From Cupriavidus necator (GTDB taxonomy: Bacteria; Pseudomonadota; Gammaproteobacteria; Burkholderiales; Burkholderiaceae), in contig NZ_CP066018.1 of assembly GCF_016127575.1 (NCBI RefSeq), forward strand, positions 1,650,001 to 1,682,000: DNA of 32,000 bases. The letters are read 5' to 3'. The notes under the pieces are model-generated. The model was given only the letters and a program-made list of their open reading frames with translations, had not been told where the DNA came from and searched no databases. Below, piece after piece: positions 17,060-29,296 of this stretch. Made by a program: the position numbers and the translations under genes. How positions within the stretch are numbered: position 1 is the first letter of the stretch; every line of letters begins with the position of its first letter.

Positions 17060-17563
17060 CTATTTGACGCTGTAGCCGCGCCCCTGCATGCAGGCGCCCC
17101 AGGCCTGGTAGTACGAGCCCATCGCCTGGCTGGTATTGGCCGCCGCCTGCTGGTTGGCCGCGTTCGCCTGGCGGCGCGACTGCCGGTGCGCCACGCCGCC
17201 CCCCACCGTACCCGCTGCAGCGCCGACCGCCGCACCCTTGCCGGCATCGCCTGCCATCGCGCCCACCACCGCGCCCGCCGCGGCGCCGCCCGCGGCACCC
17301 CGCACGCGCTGGCCGCTCTGCGCCTGGGCCGGCGGCGGGGCGTTGGCGGCCTGTGCCGGATCCACGCCGGTCTGCTGCTTGGCCCAGCTGTAGCAGGCGC
17401 CGTCGTCGCTGGCCTGCTGTTGCTGACTCTGGCCCTTGGCCGGATAGGCCATGGGCTTGTTCTGCGCCATGGCCTGAGCCGGGATCAGCGCCGGGGTCAG
17501 CGCGATCGCCGCGGCCAGTACGCCGAGGCCACGGTACAGCTTGCGATGCGGGCATTGCTTCAT
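17060..17563 (-). CDS. Secreted glycine-zipper family protein with conserved Cys pair
   Basis: MKQCPHRKLYRGLGVLAAAIALTPALIPAQAMA is a signal peptide. It is followed by a Q-rich segment, a Gly/Ala zipper (GAAGGAAAGAVVGAMAGDAGKGAAVGAAAG) and ...YYQAWGACMQGRGYSVK. ATG 17563 follows GGGGGAA. Confidence 0.8.
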   Translation of the reverse strand: MKQCPHRKLYRGLGVLAAAIALTPALIPAQAMAQNKPMAYPAKGQSQQQQASDDGACYSWAKQQTGVDPAQAANAPPPAQAQSGQRVRGAAGGAAAGAVVGAMAGDAGKGAAVGAAAGTVGGGVAHRQSRRQANAANQQAAANTSQAMGSYYQAWGACMQGRGYSVK

Positions 17564-17698
17564 GATGATGTTCCCCCACGGGTGTCGGCTACGCGACGCT
17601 GGACGCACCGACCGGTGCGCAAGTGGCGAGCCGTTCTGTGAAGGCCAGTATTTGCGGCACGCAGGGGTAAGTCAAATCAGCGTTTTGACGGCCCGATG

Positions 17699-18562
17699 TT
17701 ATTTGTTTGTAGTGGGTGGCGAGGACAGCAGGAACGCGACCGCTTCCTGCCACCAGGCCGTATCGACATGCCCGGCCCAGTCGTTATGCCCGGCGCCGCC
17801 GATCACCGCGAGCCGCCGCGGTTCGCCCAGCGACGCATAGAGCGCCTGGCCGAAGCGTGCCGGCACGATGGTGTCGCGTTCGGCGACCGCGACCATCACC
17901 GGGCGGCCGAAGCCTTCCAGGTTGGCCGCGCTGTCGTAGCGGTCGCGCAGCACCCAGCCGGCCGGCAGCCAGGGATAGTGATGCGAGGCAATATGCGCAA
18001 GCTTGTCCCACGGCGTGATCAGCAGCACGCCGGCGACGCTCTCGCGCTGGCGCGCCGCGGCCGCTGCGGCCACGCCCGCGCCCAGCGACTCGCCGACCAG
18101 CAGCAGCGGGCCGCCGAACTGGCGCCGGGCCAGCGCAATCGATTGTTCCGCGTCTGCCACGAAGCTGCGCTCGCCGAGTGCGCCGGTGCGCGGGCCGTAG
18201 GCCGGGTACTCGGCCAGGATCACGCGAAGGCCCAGCTTCGTCAGCGCGCTGGCGTAGTAGCCACGATGCCCGGCGTGCCCGGCATTGCCGTGAAAGACCA
18301 TGGCGGTGGCGCGCGCCGGTCCGGCCGGTTCGGCGACAAGGCCGCGAAAGTCCTGCGGCCCCGGCCAGGCGCGCAGCCCGGGCGAGACCATGGCGTCGAC
18401 CGAGGCTTTATCGGGAAAGTAGAGGAAGTGATCCTGCATCATGCTGATTCCGGCAAGCAGGACCAGTCCCGCACCGAGCCAGCGCAGCACCCTGCGGCGA
18501 ACCGATTCAGTCCGCGGCGACACCAGCCGCGCTGGCGCCGGTGCCGGGGCGATGGCAGGCAT
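17699..18562 (-). CDS. Membrane-anchored alpha/beta hydrolase (serine hydrolase)
   Basis: Has an N-terminal hydrophobic anchor (VLRWLGAGLVLLAGISMM), HGNAGHAGHR, the GESLG nucleophile elbow and a C-terminal GAGHND. ATG 18562 lies 10 nt after the OsmC stop. The longer ORF-track form would overlap osmC. Confidence 0.82.
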   Translation of the reverse strand: MPAIAPAPAPARLVSPRTESVRRRVLRWLGAGLVLLAGISMMQDHFLYFPDKASVDAMVSPGLRAWPGPQDFRGLVAEPAGPARATAMVFHGNAGHAGHRGYYASALTKLGLRVILAEYPAYGPRTGALGERSFVADAEQSIALARRQFGGPLLLVGESLGAGVAAAAAARQRESVAGVLLITPWDKLAHIASHHYPWLPAGWVLRDRYDSAANLEGFGRPVMVAVAERDTIVPARFGQALYASLGEPRRLAVIGGAGHNDWAGHVDTAWWQEAVAFLLSSPPTTNK

Positions 18563-18572
18563 GGCAACGCGC

Positions 18573-19046
18573 TCAGGCGCAGGCGAACACAGGTTCGCAG
18601 CGCACCTCGGTCCTGACCGAGTTGGCGATAAAGCAGGCGCCATGCGCGGCGTGGTGCAGGGCATCGAGTTCTTCGCGCGTGGGCTCGCGCTCGCCGCCAA
18701 ACGTCACCTGAGGGCGCAGCGTCACCACGGTCATCGCCGTCTGCCCGTCCGCGTTCTTTTCCATCACACCGGTGGCCGCATCCAGGTAGCGGTCGACGAC
18801 AAAGCGTTGCTTCGCCGCCAGCGACAGGAACCACAGCATGTGGCAGCTGGACAGCGAGGCGATGAACATCTCCTCGGGATCGACCGCGCTCGCATCCGAC
18901 ATCGGCAATGGCACCACATGGGGTGATGACGATCCCGGGACTTCCGCGCCACCGTCAAAGCGCAGCACATGCCTGCGGCTGTAGCGGTTGCCGGCGAAAT
19001 CCTGCCCGTCGCGTTGCCACAGGACTTCAGCGGTGTAAGTGGACAT
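18573..19046 (-). CDS. OsmC/Ohr family protein
   Basis: MSTYTAEVLWQRDGQDFAGNRYSRRHVLRFDGGAEVPGSSSP...ASLSSCHMLWFL...HHAAHGACFIANS shows the two conserved Cys of the OsmC fold. TAGGAG Shine-Dalgarno precedes ATG 19046. Confidence 0.9.
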   Translation of the reverse strand: MSTYTAEVLWQRDGQDFAGNRYSRRHVLRFDGGAEVPGSSSPHVVPLPMSDASAVDPEEMFIASLSSCHMLWFLSLAAKQRFVVDRYLDAATGVMEKNADGQTAMTVVTLRPQVTFGGEREPTREELDALHHAAHGACFIANSVRTEVRCEPVFACA

Positions 19047-19073
19047 GCAAAGACTCCTAACGTTAGGAAAACC

Positions 19074-19811
19074 TCAGGCGCCGTGCGGCACGCTTTCGCC
19101 GTCGCGCAGGCCCAGGCGCTGGTTGGCCGCCACGGCGACATCGATCAGCTTCGGGCGCGGCAGGTTCAGGTTGCGCATCATCTCGATGAACTCTTCACGC
19201 GTGCGGCCGGCGACGCGGCTGTTGTGGGCGCGCTCCTGGCCGATGGTGGACGAGGTGCGGCCCTTGTAGTCGTGGGCCGGATAGACCTGCGTGTCGTCGG
19301 GCAGCGCAAACAGCTTCCTGGTCAGGCTGTCGTAGAGCGTGCCGGCGTCGCCCGACTGGAAGTCGGTGCGGCCGCAGCCGTCGATCAGCAGGGCATCGCC
19401 GGTGAAGACGCGGCGCACGATGCCGTCGGGCGTGGGCTCTTCCCACAGGTAGCTCATGCTGCCGGCGGTGTGCCCGGGCGTATGGATGGCGCGCAGCACC
19501 TGCTTGCCGAAGGCGACAGTGTCGCCGTCGATCAGCTGCTTGTGCGCGGGCTTGATATCGCAGCCGGACGGCGCCGCGGTGTGCGCGCCGGTCTGCAGCG
19601 CAAGGTGGCCGGCCGAGGTGATGTGGTCGGCATGGGCATGGGTCTCGATGACCCACGCCAGCCGCGCGCCGGTTGACTTCAGCAGCGCCAGGTCGCGTTC
19701 CAGCTGGTGGTCGACCGGATCGATCAGCAGCGCGTCCCCGGTGGCGGCGTCGATCAGCAGGTAGGTGAAGGTGGACGAGGTGTCGTCGAACAGCTGGTGG
19801 AAGGTCTGCAT
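19074..19811 (-). CDS. ETHE1-like persulfide dioxygenase (metallo-beta-lactamase fold)
   Basis: Carries [53 protein letters not shown] and [13 protein letters not shown], matching the type I PDO/ETHE1 pattern. Confidence 0.88.
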   Translation of the reverse strand: MQTFHQLFDDTSSTFTYLLIDAATGDALLIDPVDHQLERDLALLKSTGARLAWVIETHAHADHITSAGHLALQTGAHTAAPSGCDIKPAHKQLIDGDTVAFGKQVLRAIHTPGHTAGSMSYLWEEPTPDGIVRRVFTGDALLIDGCGRTDFQSGDAGTLYDSLTRKLFALPDDTQVYPAHDYKGRTSSTIGQERAHNSRVAGRTREEFIEMMRNLNLPRPKLIDVAVAANQRLGLRDGESVPHGA

Positions 19812-19875
19812 GGCTGCCCTCTTGTTTTTCGTTCGGGGAACGCCGCCATGATACGCCGCGCTGCGCGCGCGGACA

Positions 19876-21252
<1,377 letters not shown>

Positions 21253-21368
21253 GGAATGTCTCCAGCAATGGGATGGCCCTGAAGAGGCTCTTCTTGGTCG
21301 GTTGGCGTGGCTGCGGCGGGCACCGCGACACCGCGATGCCCGTCATCTCGAGCATAGTTCGTTGGCGG

Positions 21369-21388
21369 GCCGCCGCGGCTGCGGCGGC
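21369..21388 (-). other. GC-only stem-loop just after gcvP (no U-tract)
   Basis: GCCGCCGC (21369-21376), loop GGCT, GCGGCGGC (21381-21388), 8 nt downstream of the gcvP stop. It could attenuate or stabilise the transcript but is not a canonical terminator. Confidence 0.4.
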
Positions 21389-21396
21389 GCTACGCC

Positions 21397-24327
<2,931 letters not shown>

Positions 24328-24427
24328 TGGCAAGAACCTCGTGGGGTGCGCGCCGGCCGGTGGTCAGCCGGGACGGCGCGCGTCAGTCTGCAGTGGCCGG
24401 TCCAACCATGGACCGGCGCGGCCGGCG

Positions 24428-24808
24428 TCAGGCGCCGACGCTGGCCTTGTAGGCGTCGGCCGACATCAGGCCGTTGACGTCGTCGCCGTTGGCCGGCTTG
24501 AGCTTGAACAGCCACGCGTCGAAGGCGTCGGCGTTGACGCTCTCCGGGGCAGCCGTGGCGGCCTCGTTGACGGCGATCACTTCGCCGGCCACGGGGGCGT
24601 AGATGTCGGAAGCGGCTTTTACCGATTCCACCACTGCCAGCGCGTCGCCGGCACCGACCGACTTGCCCACTTCGGGCAGTTCCAGGAAGACGATGTCGCC
24701 CAGCGCGTCCTGCGCATGGTCGGTGATACCGATGGTGAGCGTGCCGTCGGCTTCGACGCGTACCCACTCATGCGACTCGGTGTACTTGAGGTCAGCGGGG
24801 AAATTCAT
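24428..24808 (-). CDS. gcvH: Glycine cleavage system H protein
   Basis: [48 protein letters not shown]...[14 protein letters not shown] includes the lipoyl-lysine motif ESVK. Confidence 0.97.
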   Translation of the reverse strand: MNFPADLKYTESHEWVRVEADGTLTIGITDHAQDALGDIVFLELPEVGKSVGAGDALAVVESVKAASDIYAPVAGEVIAVNEAATAAPESVNADAFDAWLFKLKPANGDDVNGLMSADAYKASVGA

Positions 24809-24898
24809 GAAGGTTCTCCGGATACAGATTTGTTTCTTGTTGGGTGATGCCTGCCCGGCGAAGCTGCCGGCAGGCGAGGGCGACCGTTGGTATGAGCC

Positions 24899-26026
24899 TC
24901 AGCTCACGAGTGCCTTGCCATTACGCACAAACGGCAGTTTAACCACAGTCGCGTTGAGTTTGCGGTCGCGGATCTCCACCTGCACGGTATCGCCCACGGC
25001 GACATCCTTGGGCAGGCGGGCAAAGGCGATGGACTGCGACAGCGACGGGCTGAAGGTGCCGCTGGTGATTTCACCGTCACCGGCCGGCGTGATCACTTTC
25101 TGGTGGGCGCGCAGGACGCCGCCTTTGTCACGCAGGATCAGGCCGAGGAATTGCTGGCGCGAACCGGCTGCGGCCAGTGCCGCCTTGCCGGTGAAGTCAC
25201 GCTCGCTCTGCAGGTCAACGGTCCAGGCCAGGCCCGCATCCAGCGGCGAGGTGTTGATATCCATGTCCTGGCCGTACAGGTTCATGCCGGCTTCCAGGCG
25301 CAGCGTGTCGCGCGCGCCCAGGCCCGCCGGGCGCACGCCGGCGGCGTTCAGCTTTTCCCAGATGGCGGCGACGTTCTCGGCCGGCACCACCAGTTCGAAG
25401 CCGTCTTCGCCGGTGTAGCCGGTGCGCGCCACCATGATCTCGCCGAGGGCCGGGTCCTGGACCACGGCGGCGTTGAAGGGCTTGAGCGTGTCCGACGGCT
25501 GGGTCGAGGGGAAAGTGCTCCACACTTTGGTGCGGGCGTTGGGCCCCTGCACGGCGACGATCGCCAGAGGCTGCACGCCTGCAGGCGCAACGTCCTCGCG
25601 GCGCGGCGTGATGGTCACATCGCTGCCGGTGGCGGCATTGCGCGCGCGGATCCATTCGATGTCGCCCAGCGCGGTGCTGGCGTTGACGACCAGGCGGAAG
25701 CGGTCCTCGGCAAAGAAGTAGACGATCAGGTCGTCGATCACGCCGCCTTTCTCATCCAGCATGCAGGAGTAGAGCGCCTTGCCCGGGGTCTGCAGCTTGT
25801 CGACATTGTTGGCCAGCAGGCCGCGCAGGAAGCTGCGGGTATTGGCGCCGGCGAGGTCGACCACGCACATGTGCGACACGTCGAACATGCCGGCGTCGGT
25901 GCGCACAGCATTGTGTTCTTCGATCTGGGAGCCGTAGTTGACCGGCATGTCCCAGCCGCCGAAATCAACCATGCGGGCGCCGAGGGCGCGGTGGATGGCG
26001 TTGAGGGGCGTGGCCTGGAGCGTCAT
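24899..26026 (-). CDS. gcvT: Aminomethyltransferase, glycine cleavage T protein
   Basis: [38 protein letters not shown]... is typical GcvT. ATG 26026 is preceded by AGAGGA. The 12-codon upstream extension in the ORF track lies inside the leader terminator. Confidence 0.96.
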   Translation of the reverse strand: MTLQATPLNAIHRALGARMVDFGGWDMPVNYGSQIEEHNAVRTDAGMFDVSHMCVVDLAGANTRSFLRGLLANNVDKLQTPGKALYSCMLDEKGGVIDDLIVYFFAEDRFRLVVNASTALGDIEWIRARNAATGSDVTITPRREDVAPAGVQPLAIVAVQGPNARTKVWSTFPSTQPSDTLKPFNAAVVQDPALGEIMVARTGYTGEDGFELVVPAENVAAIWEKLNAAGVRPAGLGARDTLRLEAGMNLYGQDMDINTSPLDAGLAWTVDLQSERDFTGKAALAAAGSRQQFLGLILRDKGGVLRAHQKVITPAGDGEITSGTFSPSLSQSIAFARLPKDVAVGDTVQVEIRDRKLNATVVKLPFVRNGKALVS

Positions 26027-26055
26027 GGAATCCTCTGGGGCAGTCTCGGTTGGCG

Positions 26056-26132
26056 AAAACAAAAAAGGGCCATCCGCCGCAACGCTCGCCGCGCCTGAAT
26101 GTGGCGTGGCAATCCGCTGCGGCGGATGACCC
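26056..26132 (-). terminator. Riboswitch expression-platform terminator (attenuator) of the gcv leader
   Basis: Plus-strand 26118-26132 (TGCGGCGGATGACCC) pairs with 26067-26081 (GGGCCATCCGCCGCA): 15 bp with 1 mismatch. On the minus strand it is followed by TTTTTTGTTTT (26066-26056). The 5' arm overlaps the closing helix of aptamer 2, as expected for a glycine ON switch. Confidence 0.7.
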
Positions 26133-26356
26133 CTCTGTCCTCGATACCTGAGAGATTACAAGGCGGATCCTGCCGGACCCCGTCCTCGTGCGCCCCTTCG
26201 GTGGGCACGCTCGCCACGAATGGCGGGTGCCGCTCTCCAGAGTTCGGCATGCATCGTGTGCATATTGCATGCCGATCCGATCGGTCCGTGGTGCCTGAGA
26301 GTTTTCGGGTGATACCCCTTCGGCGGCGCAGGCGATGCGCGCTCTCCCGGTCGGAT
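26130..26356 (-). promoter_or_regulatory. Tandem glycine riboswitch (two aptamers)
   Basis: Minus-strand aptamer 1 reads CCGGGAGAGC...CGCCGAAGGGG...AACTCTCAGGCACCACGGACCGATCGG. Aptamer 2 reads CTCTGGAGAGCGGCAC...CCACCGAAGGGGCGCA...AATCTCTCAGGTATCGAGGACAGAGGGG. Both carry the conserved glycine-aptamer cores, upstream of gcvT. Confidence 0.9.
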
Positions 26357-26362
26357 GCGCGC

Positions 26363-26391
26363 AATGTACGGGAGGCCCCGGCCTTTGTCAA
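26363..26391 (-). promoter_or_regulatory. Sigma-70 promoter of the gcv operon
   Basis: Minus strand reads TTGACA (26391-26386), a 17-nt spacer, TACATT (26368-26363). The predicted start near 26356 coincides with the first base pairs of aptamer 1. Confidence 0.6.
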
Positions 26392-26436
26392 ACGGGCCAG
26401 GGGAGCCTGCCGTACCTGTCGCTGCGGTGGTCTGGC

Positions 26437-26664
26437 TTACTTCTTCTTGTCGTCGGTGACAACGTTACCGATCACGCCGCCCACGGCCGCGCCACCCAGC
26501 GTACCCAGCGCGCTACCGTCGGTGAGGATGGCGCCGCCCACGGCGCCCGCGCCCGCGCCAATGGCGGTATTACGCTGCTTCGGGGTCATATCCGCGCAAC
26601 CGGCAAAGGCCGCGACGGTCACGCCGATCAGGGTCACCTTGGTCAAAGTCTGCAGGGTTTTCAT
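26437..26664 (-). CDS. osmB: Osmotically inducible lipoprotein OsmB-like (glycine zipper)
   Basis: Lipobox AAFAGC, then RNTAIGAGAGAVGGAILTDGSALGTLGGAAVGGVIG, nearly identical to the E. coli OsmB core (RNTAIGAGAGALGGAVLTDGSTLGTLGGAAVGGVIG, recalled from memory). GGAG lies 6 nt before the ATG. Confidence 0.85.
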   Translation of the reverse strand: MKTLQTLTKVTLIGVTVAAFAGCADMTPKQRNTAIGAGAGAVGGAILTDGSALGTLGGAAVGGVIGNVVTDDKKK

Positions 26665-26947
26665 TATTGGCTCCGATGTGATGATTCAAGCATGTCAACC
26701 CCGCCGCGCAGGCCAGGGGGACATACTAGTTAGAGCGTTTGGTTGCGCGATTGGCTCCGGCCTTTACGAAGTGTTACGCCGGTGACACAACCGGCCGTGT
26801 CAACGCGGCTTGCGCTGACTGACCTGCCGCGGCCAGCGTGTTAACATCGGCAGCTTTGCCGCCGTGCCCGTTTTTTGGGTGCTGGCGTGTCCCGCCTGGC
26901 CTTCCGCTGTTCCTGCCGATTTCCCTGCCTCCAACCGCATCCCACGC

Positions 26948-29044
26948 ATGACCCATGGCCTGAACTCCGCCCAATCCGAAGCCGTCCGCTACCTGGACGG
27001 CCCTTGCCTGGTGCTGGCCGGGGCGGGCTCCGGCAAGACCCGGGTGATCACGCAGAAGATCGCGCATCTGATCGAGGACAAGGGCTTCGAGCCGCGCCAT
27101 ATCGCCGCCGTCACCTTTACCAACAAGGCCGCCAAGGAGATGCAGGAGCGCATCGGCAAGCTGATGGAGGGCAAGACTACGCGCGAGGGCAAGCGCATTC
27201 CGCTCAAACAGCTGACGGTCTGTACCTTCCACTCGCTCGGGGTGCAGATCCTGCGCATGGAGGCCGAGCACGTGGGCCTGAAGCCGCAGTTTTCGATCAT
27301 GGATTCGGACGACTGCTTCGGCCTGATCCAGGAGCAGCTCGGCACCACCGACAAGAAGCTGATCCGCGGCGTGCAGGGCACGATCTCGCTGTGGAAGAAC
27401 GGCATGGTCGATCCGGAGGCAGCGATCGCGCAGGCCGCCAATGCCGACGAGCACCAGGCCGCGCTGGTCTACCGCAACTACGTGGCCACGCTGCATGCCT
27501 ACCAGGCGGTGGATTTCGACGACCTGATCCGCCTGCCGGCCGAACTGTTCGCGCGCAATGAAGCGGTGCAGCTCAAGTGGCAGAACCGCCTGCGCTACTT
27601 CCTGGTCGACGAATACCAGGACACCAACGCCTGCCAGTACCAGTTGCTCAAGCTGCTGGCGGGCGGCTCGCACCTGCGCGCGCCGGCCTTTACCGCGGTG
27701 GGCGACGACGACCAGGCCATCTACGGCTGGCGCGGCGCCACGCTGGACAACCTGCGCGGGCTGCAGACCGATTTTCCGGACCTGAAGGTGATCAAGCTGG
27801 AGCAGAACTACCGCTCCACCGTGCGCATCCTGGAAGCGGCCAACGCGGTTATCGCCAACAATCCCAAGCTGTTCGACAAGAAGCTGTGGAGCGAGCACGG
27901 CATGGGCGACCCCATCGCCATCCACCCGATGAACGACGAGGAGCACGAGGCCGAGTCGGTGGTGTTCCGCCTGTCCGCGCACAAGTTCGAGCGCCGCGCG
28001 CAGTTCCGCGACTACGCCATCCTGTATCGCGGCAACCACCAGGCGCGGCTGTTTGAGCAGATCCTGCGGCGCGAGCGCATTCCCTATGTGCTTTCAGGCG
28101 GCCAGAGCTTCTTCGACAAGGCCGAGATCAAGGACATCTGCGCCTACCTGCGCCTGATTGCCAATCCCGACGACGATCCCGCCTTTATCCGCGCCATCAC
28201 CACGCCGCGCCGCGGCGTGGGAAACACCACGCTGGAAGTGCTGGGCACCTTTGCCGGACAGGCCAAGGTGTCGCTGTTCGAGGCCGCGATGATGGGCGGT
28301 ATCGAAGGCAAGCTGCAGCCGCGCCAGCTGGAGCCGCTGCGCGTGTTCTGCGAATCGATGGTACGGCTGGCCGACCGCGCGGCCAAGGATCCCGCCACCG
28401 TGGTGCTGGACGACCTGATGGAAGGGATCCACTACGAGGCCTACCTGTACGACAGCTTCGACGAACGGCAGGCGCAGTCGCGCTGGACCAACACGCTGGA
28501 ATTCCTGGACTGGCTCAAGCGCAAGGGCACCAAGCCCGAAGGCGCCGAGGGCGAGGAAGCCACCGGTTTCGACAATGCCGACGGCTTCGGCAGCGAAGGC
28601 AAGAACCTGCTGGAGCTGACCCAGACCGTGGCGCTGATGAGCATGCTGGAAGGCCGCGAGGAAGATCCCGACGCGGTGCGGCTGTCCACGCTGCATGCGT
28701 CCAAGGGGCTGGAGTATCCGCACGTGTTCCTGGTCGGTGTGGAGGAGGGCATCCTGCCGCACTGCCGCGAAGACGAGGACATGAGCGACGAGAAGATCGA
28801 GGAAGAGCGGCGGCTGATGTATGTCGGCATCACCCGCGCCCAGCGCAGCCTGCATGTCAGCTGGTGCAAGAAGCGCAAGCGTGCGCGCGAAACCTACTCG
28901 TGCCAGCCTTCGCGCTTTATCGGCGAGATGAAGCTGGAGGAGGCGCCTGCGCCGGTGGATGAAACCCCGGCGATGAGCCCCAAGGACCGGCTCGGCGCGC
29001 TCAAGGCACTGCTGGGAACCGGCGGCAAGACGGCCCCGGGCTGA
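26948..29044 (+). CDS. rep: ATP-dependent DNA helicase Rep (UvrD/Rep superfamily 1)
   Basis: LNSAQSEAVRYLDGPCLVLAGAGSGKTRVITQKIAHLI...HIAAVTFTNKAAKEMQER...YFLVDEYQDTN...GDDDQAIYGWRGA...VIKLEQNYRS...TLHASKGLEYPHVFLVG...ERRLMYVGITRAQ parallels E. coli Rep motif by motif. Start at MTHGLNS (ATG 26948). Confidence 0.9.
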   Translation: MTHGLNSAQSEAVRYLDGPCLVLAGAGSGKTRVITQKIAHLIEDKGFEPRHIAAVTFTNKAAKEMQERIGKLMEGKTTREGKRIPLKQLTVCTFHSLGVQILRMEAEHVGLKPQFSIMDSDDCFGLIQEQLGTTDKKLIRGVQGTISLWKNGMVDPEAAIAQAANADEHQAALVYRNYVATLHAYQAVDFDDLIRLPAELFARNEAVQLKWQNRLRYFLVDEYQDTNACQYQLLKLLAGGSHLRAPAFTAVGDDDQAIYGWRGATLDNLRGLQTDFPDLKVIKLEQNYRSTVRILEAANAVIANNPKLFDKKLWSEHGMGDPIAIHPMNDEEHEAESVVFRLSAHKFERRAQFRDYAILYRGNHQARLFEQILRRERIPYVLSGGQSFFDKAEIKDICAYLRLIANPDDDPAFIRAITTPRRGVGNTTLEVLGTFAGQAKVSLFEAAMMGGIEGKLQPRQLEPLRVFCESMVRLADRAAKDPATVVLDDLMEGIHYEAYLYDSFDERQAQSRWTNTLEFLDWLKRKGTKPEGAEGEEATGFDNADGFGSEGKNLLELTQTVALMSMLEGREEDPDAVRLSTLHASKGLEYPHVFLVGVEEGILPHCREDEDMSDEKIEEERRLMYVGITRAQRSLHVSWCKKRKRARETYSCQPSRFIGEMKLEEAPAPVDETPAMSPKDRLGALKALLGTGGKTAPG

Positions 29045-29113
29045 ACGGGGCGCTACAGTCCCGATACAAAGGCATACCAGGCTGACAAGACGCCGGGTGC
29101 AGGCATACCTGGT

Positions 29114-29296
29114 ATGGCGGCTGTGCTGCTCGAGCCGTTCTACTGCGTCGAATCCTCGCGCAGCCGCGCCACCGGCGGGGTCGGCATGGGGTTGTCGATC
29201 GCGGCCGACATTGCCGCGCGCCATGGCGGCGAGCTGACCCTGAGCAACCGCCCCGAAGGCGGCCTGCCCGCGCGCCTGTCCCTACCGCGCGGCTGA
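29114..29296 (+). pseudogene. Remnant of a sensor histidine kinase (only the last part of the HATPase_c domain)
   Basis: LLEPFYCVESSRSRATGGVGMGLSIAADIAARHGGELTLSNRPEGGLPARLSLP is the G2-box/C-terminal end of EnvZ/PhoQ-type kinases. The frame is open back to the rep stop (29045), but that part has no N-box, G1-box, DHp or sensor sequence. Confidence 0.7.

Noticed and set aside
26254-26265. DnaA-box-like ATATGCACA in the loop of the riboswitch linker hairpin (minus strand)
   Set aside because: It is a single 1-mismatch match inside a structured RNA leader with no neighbouring boxes, so it is most likely coincidental.
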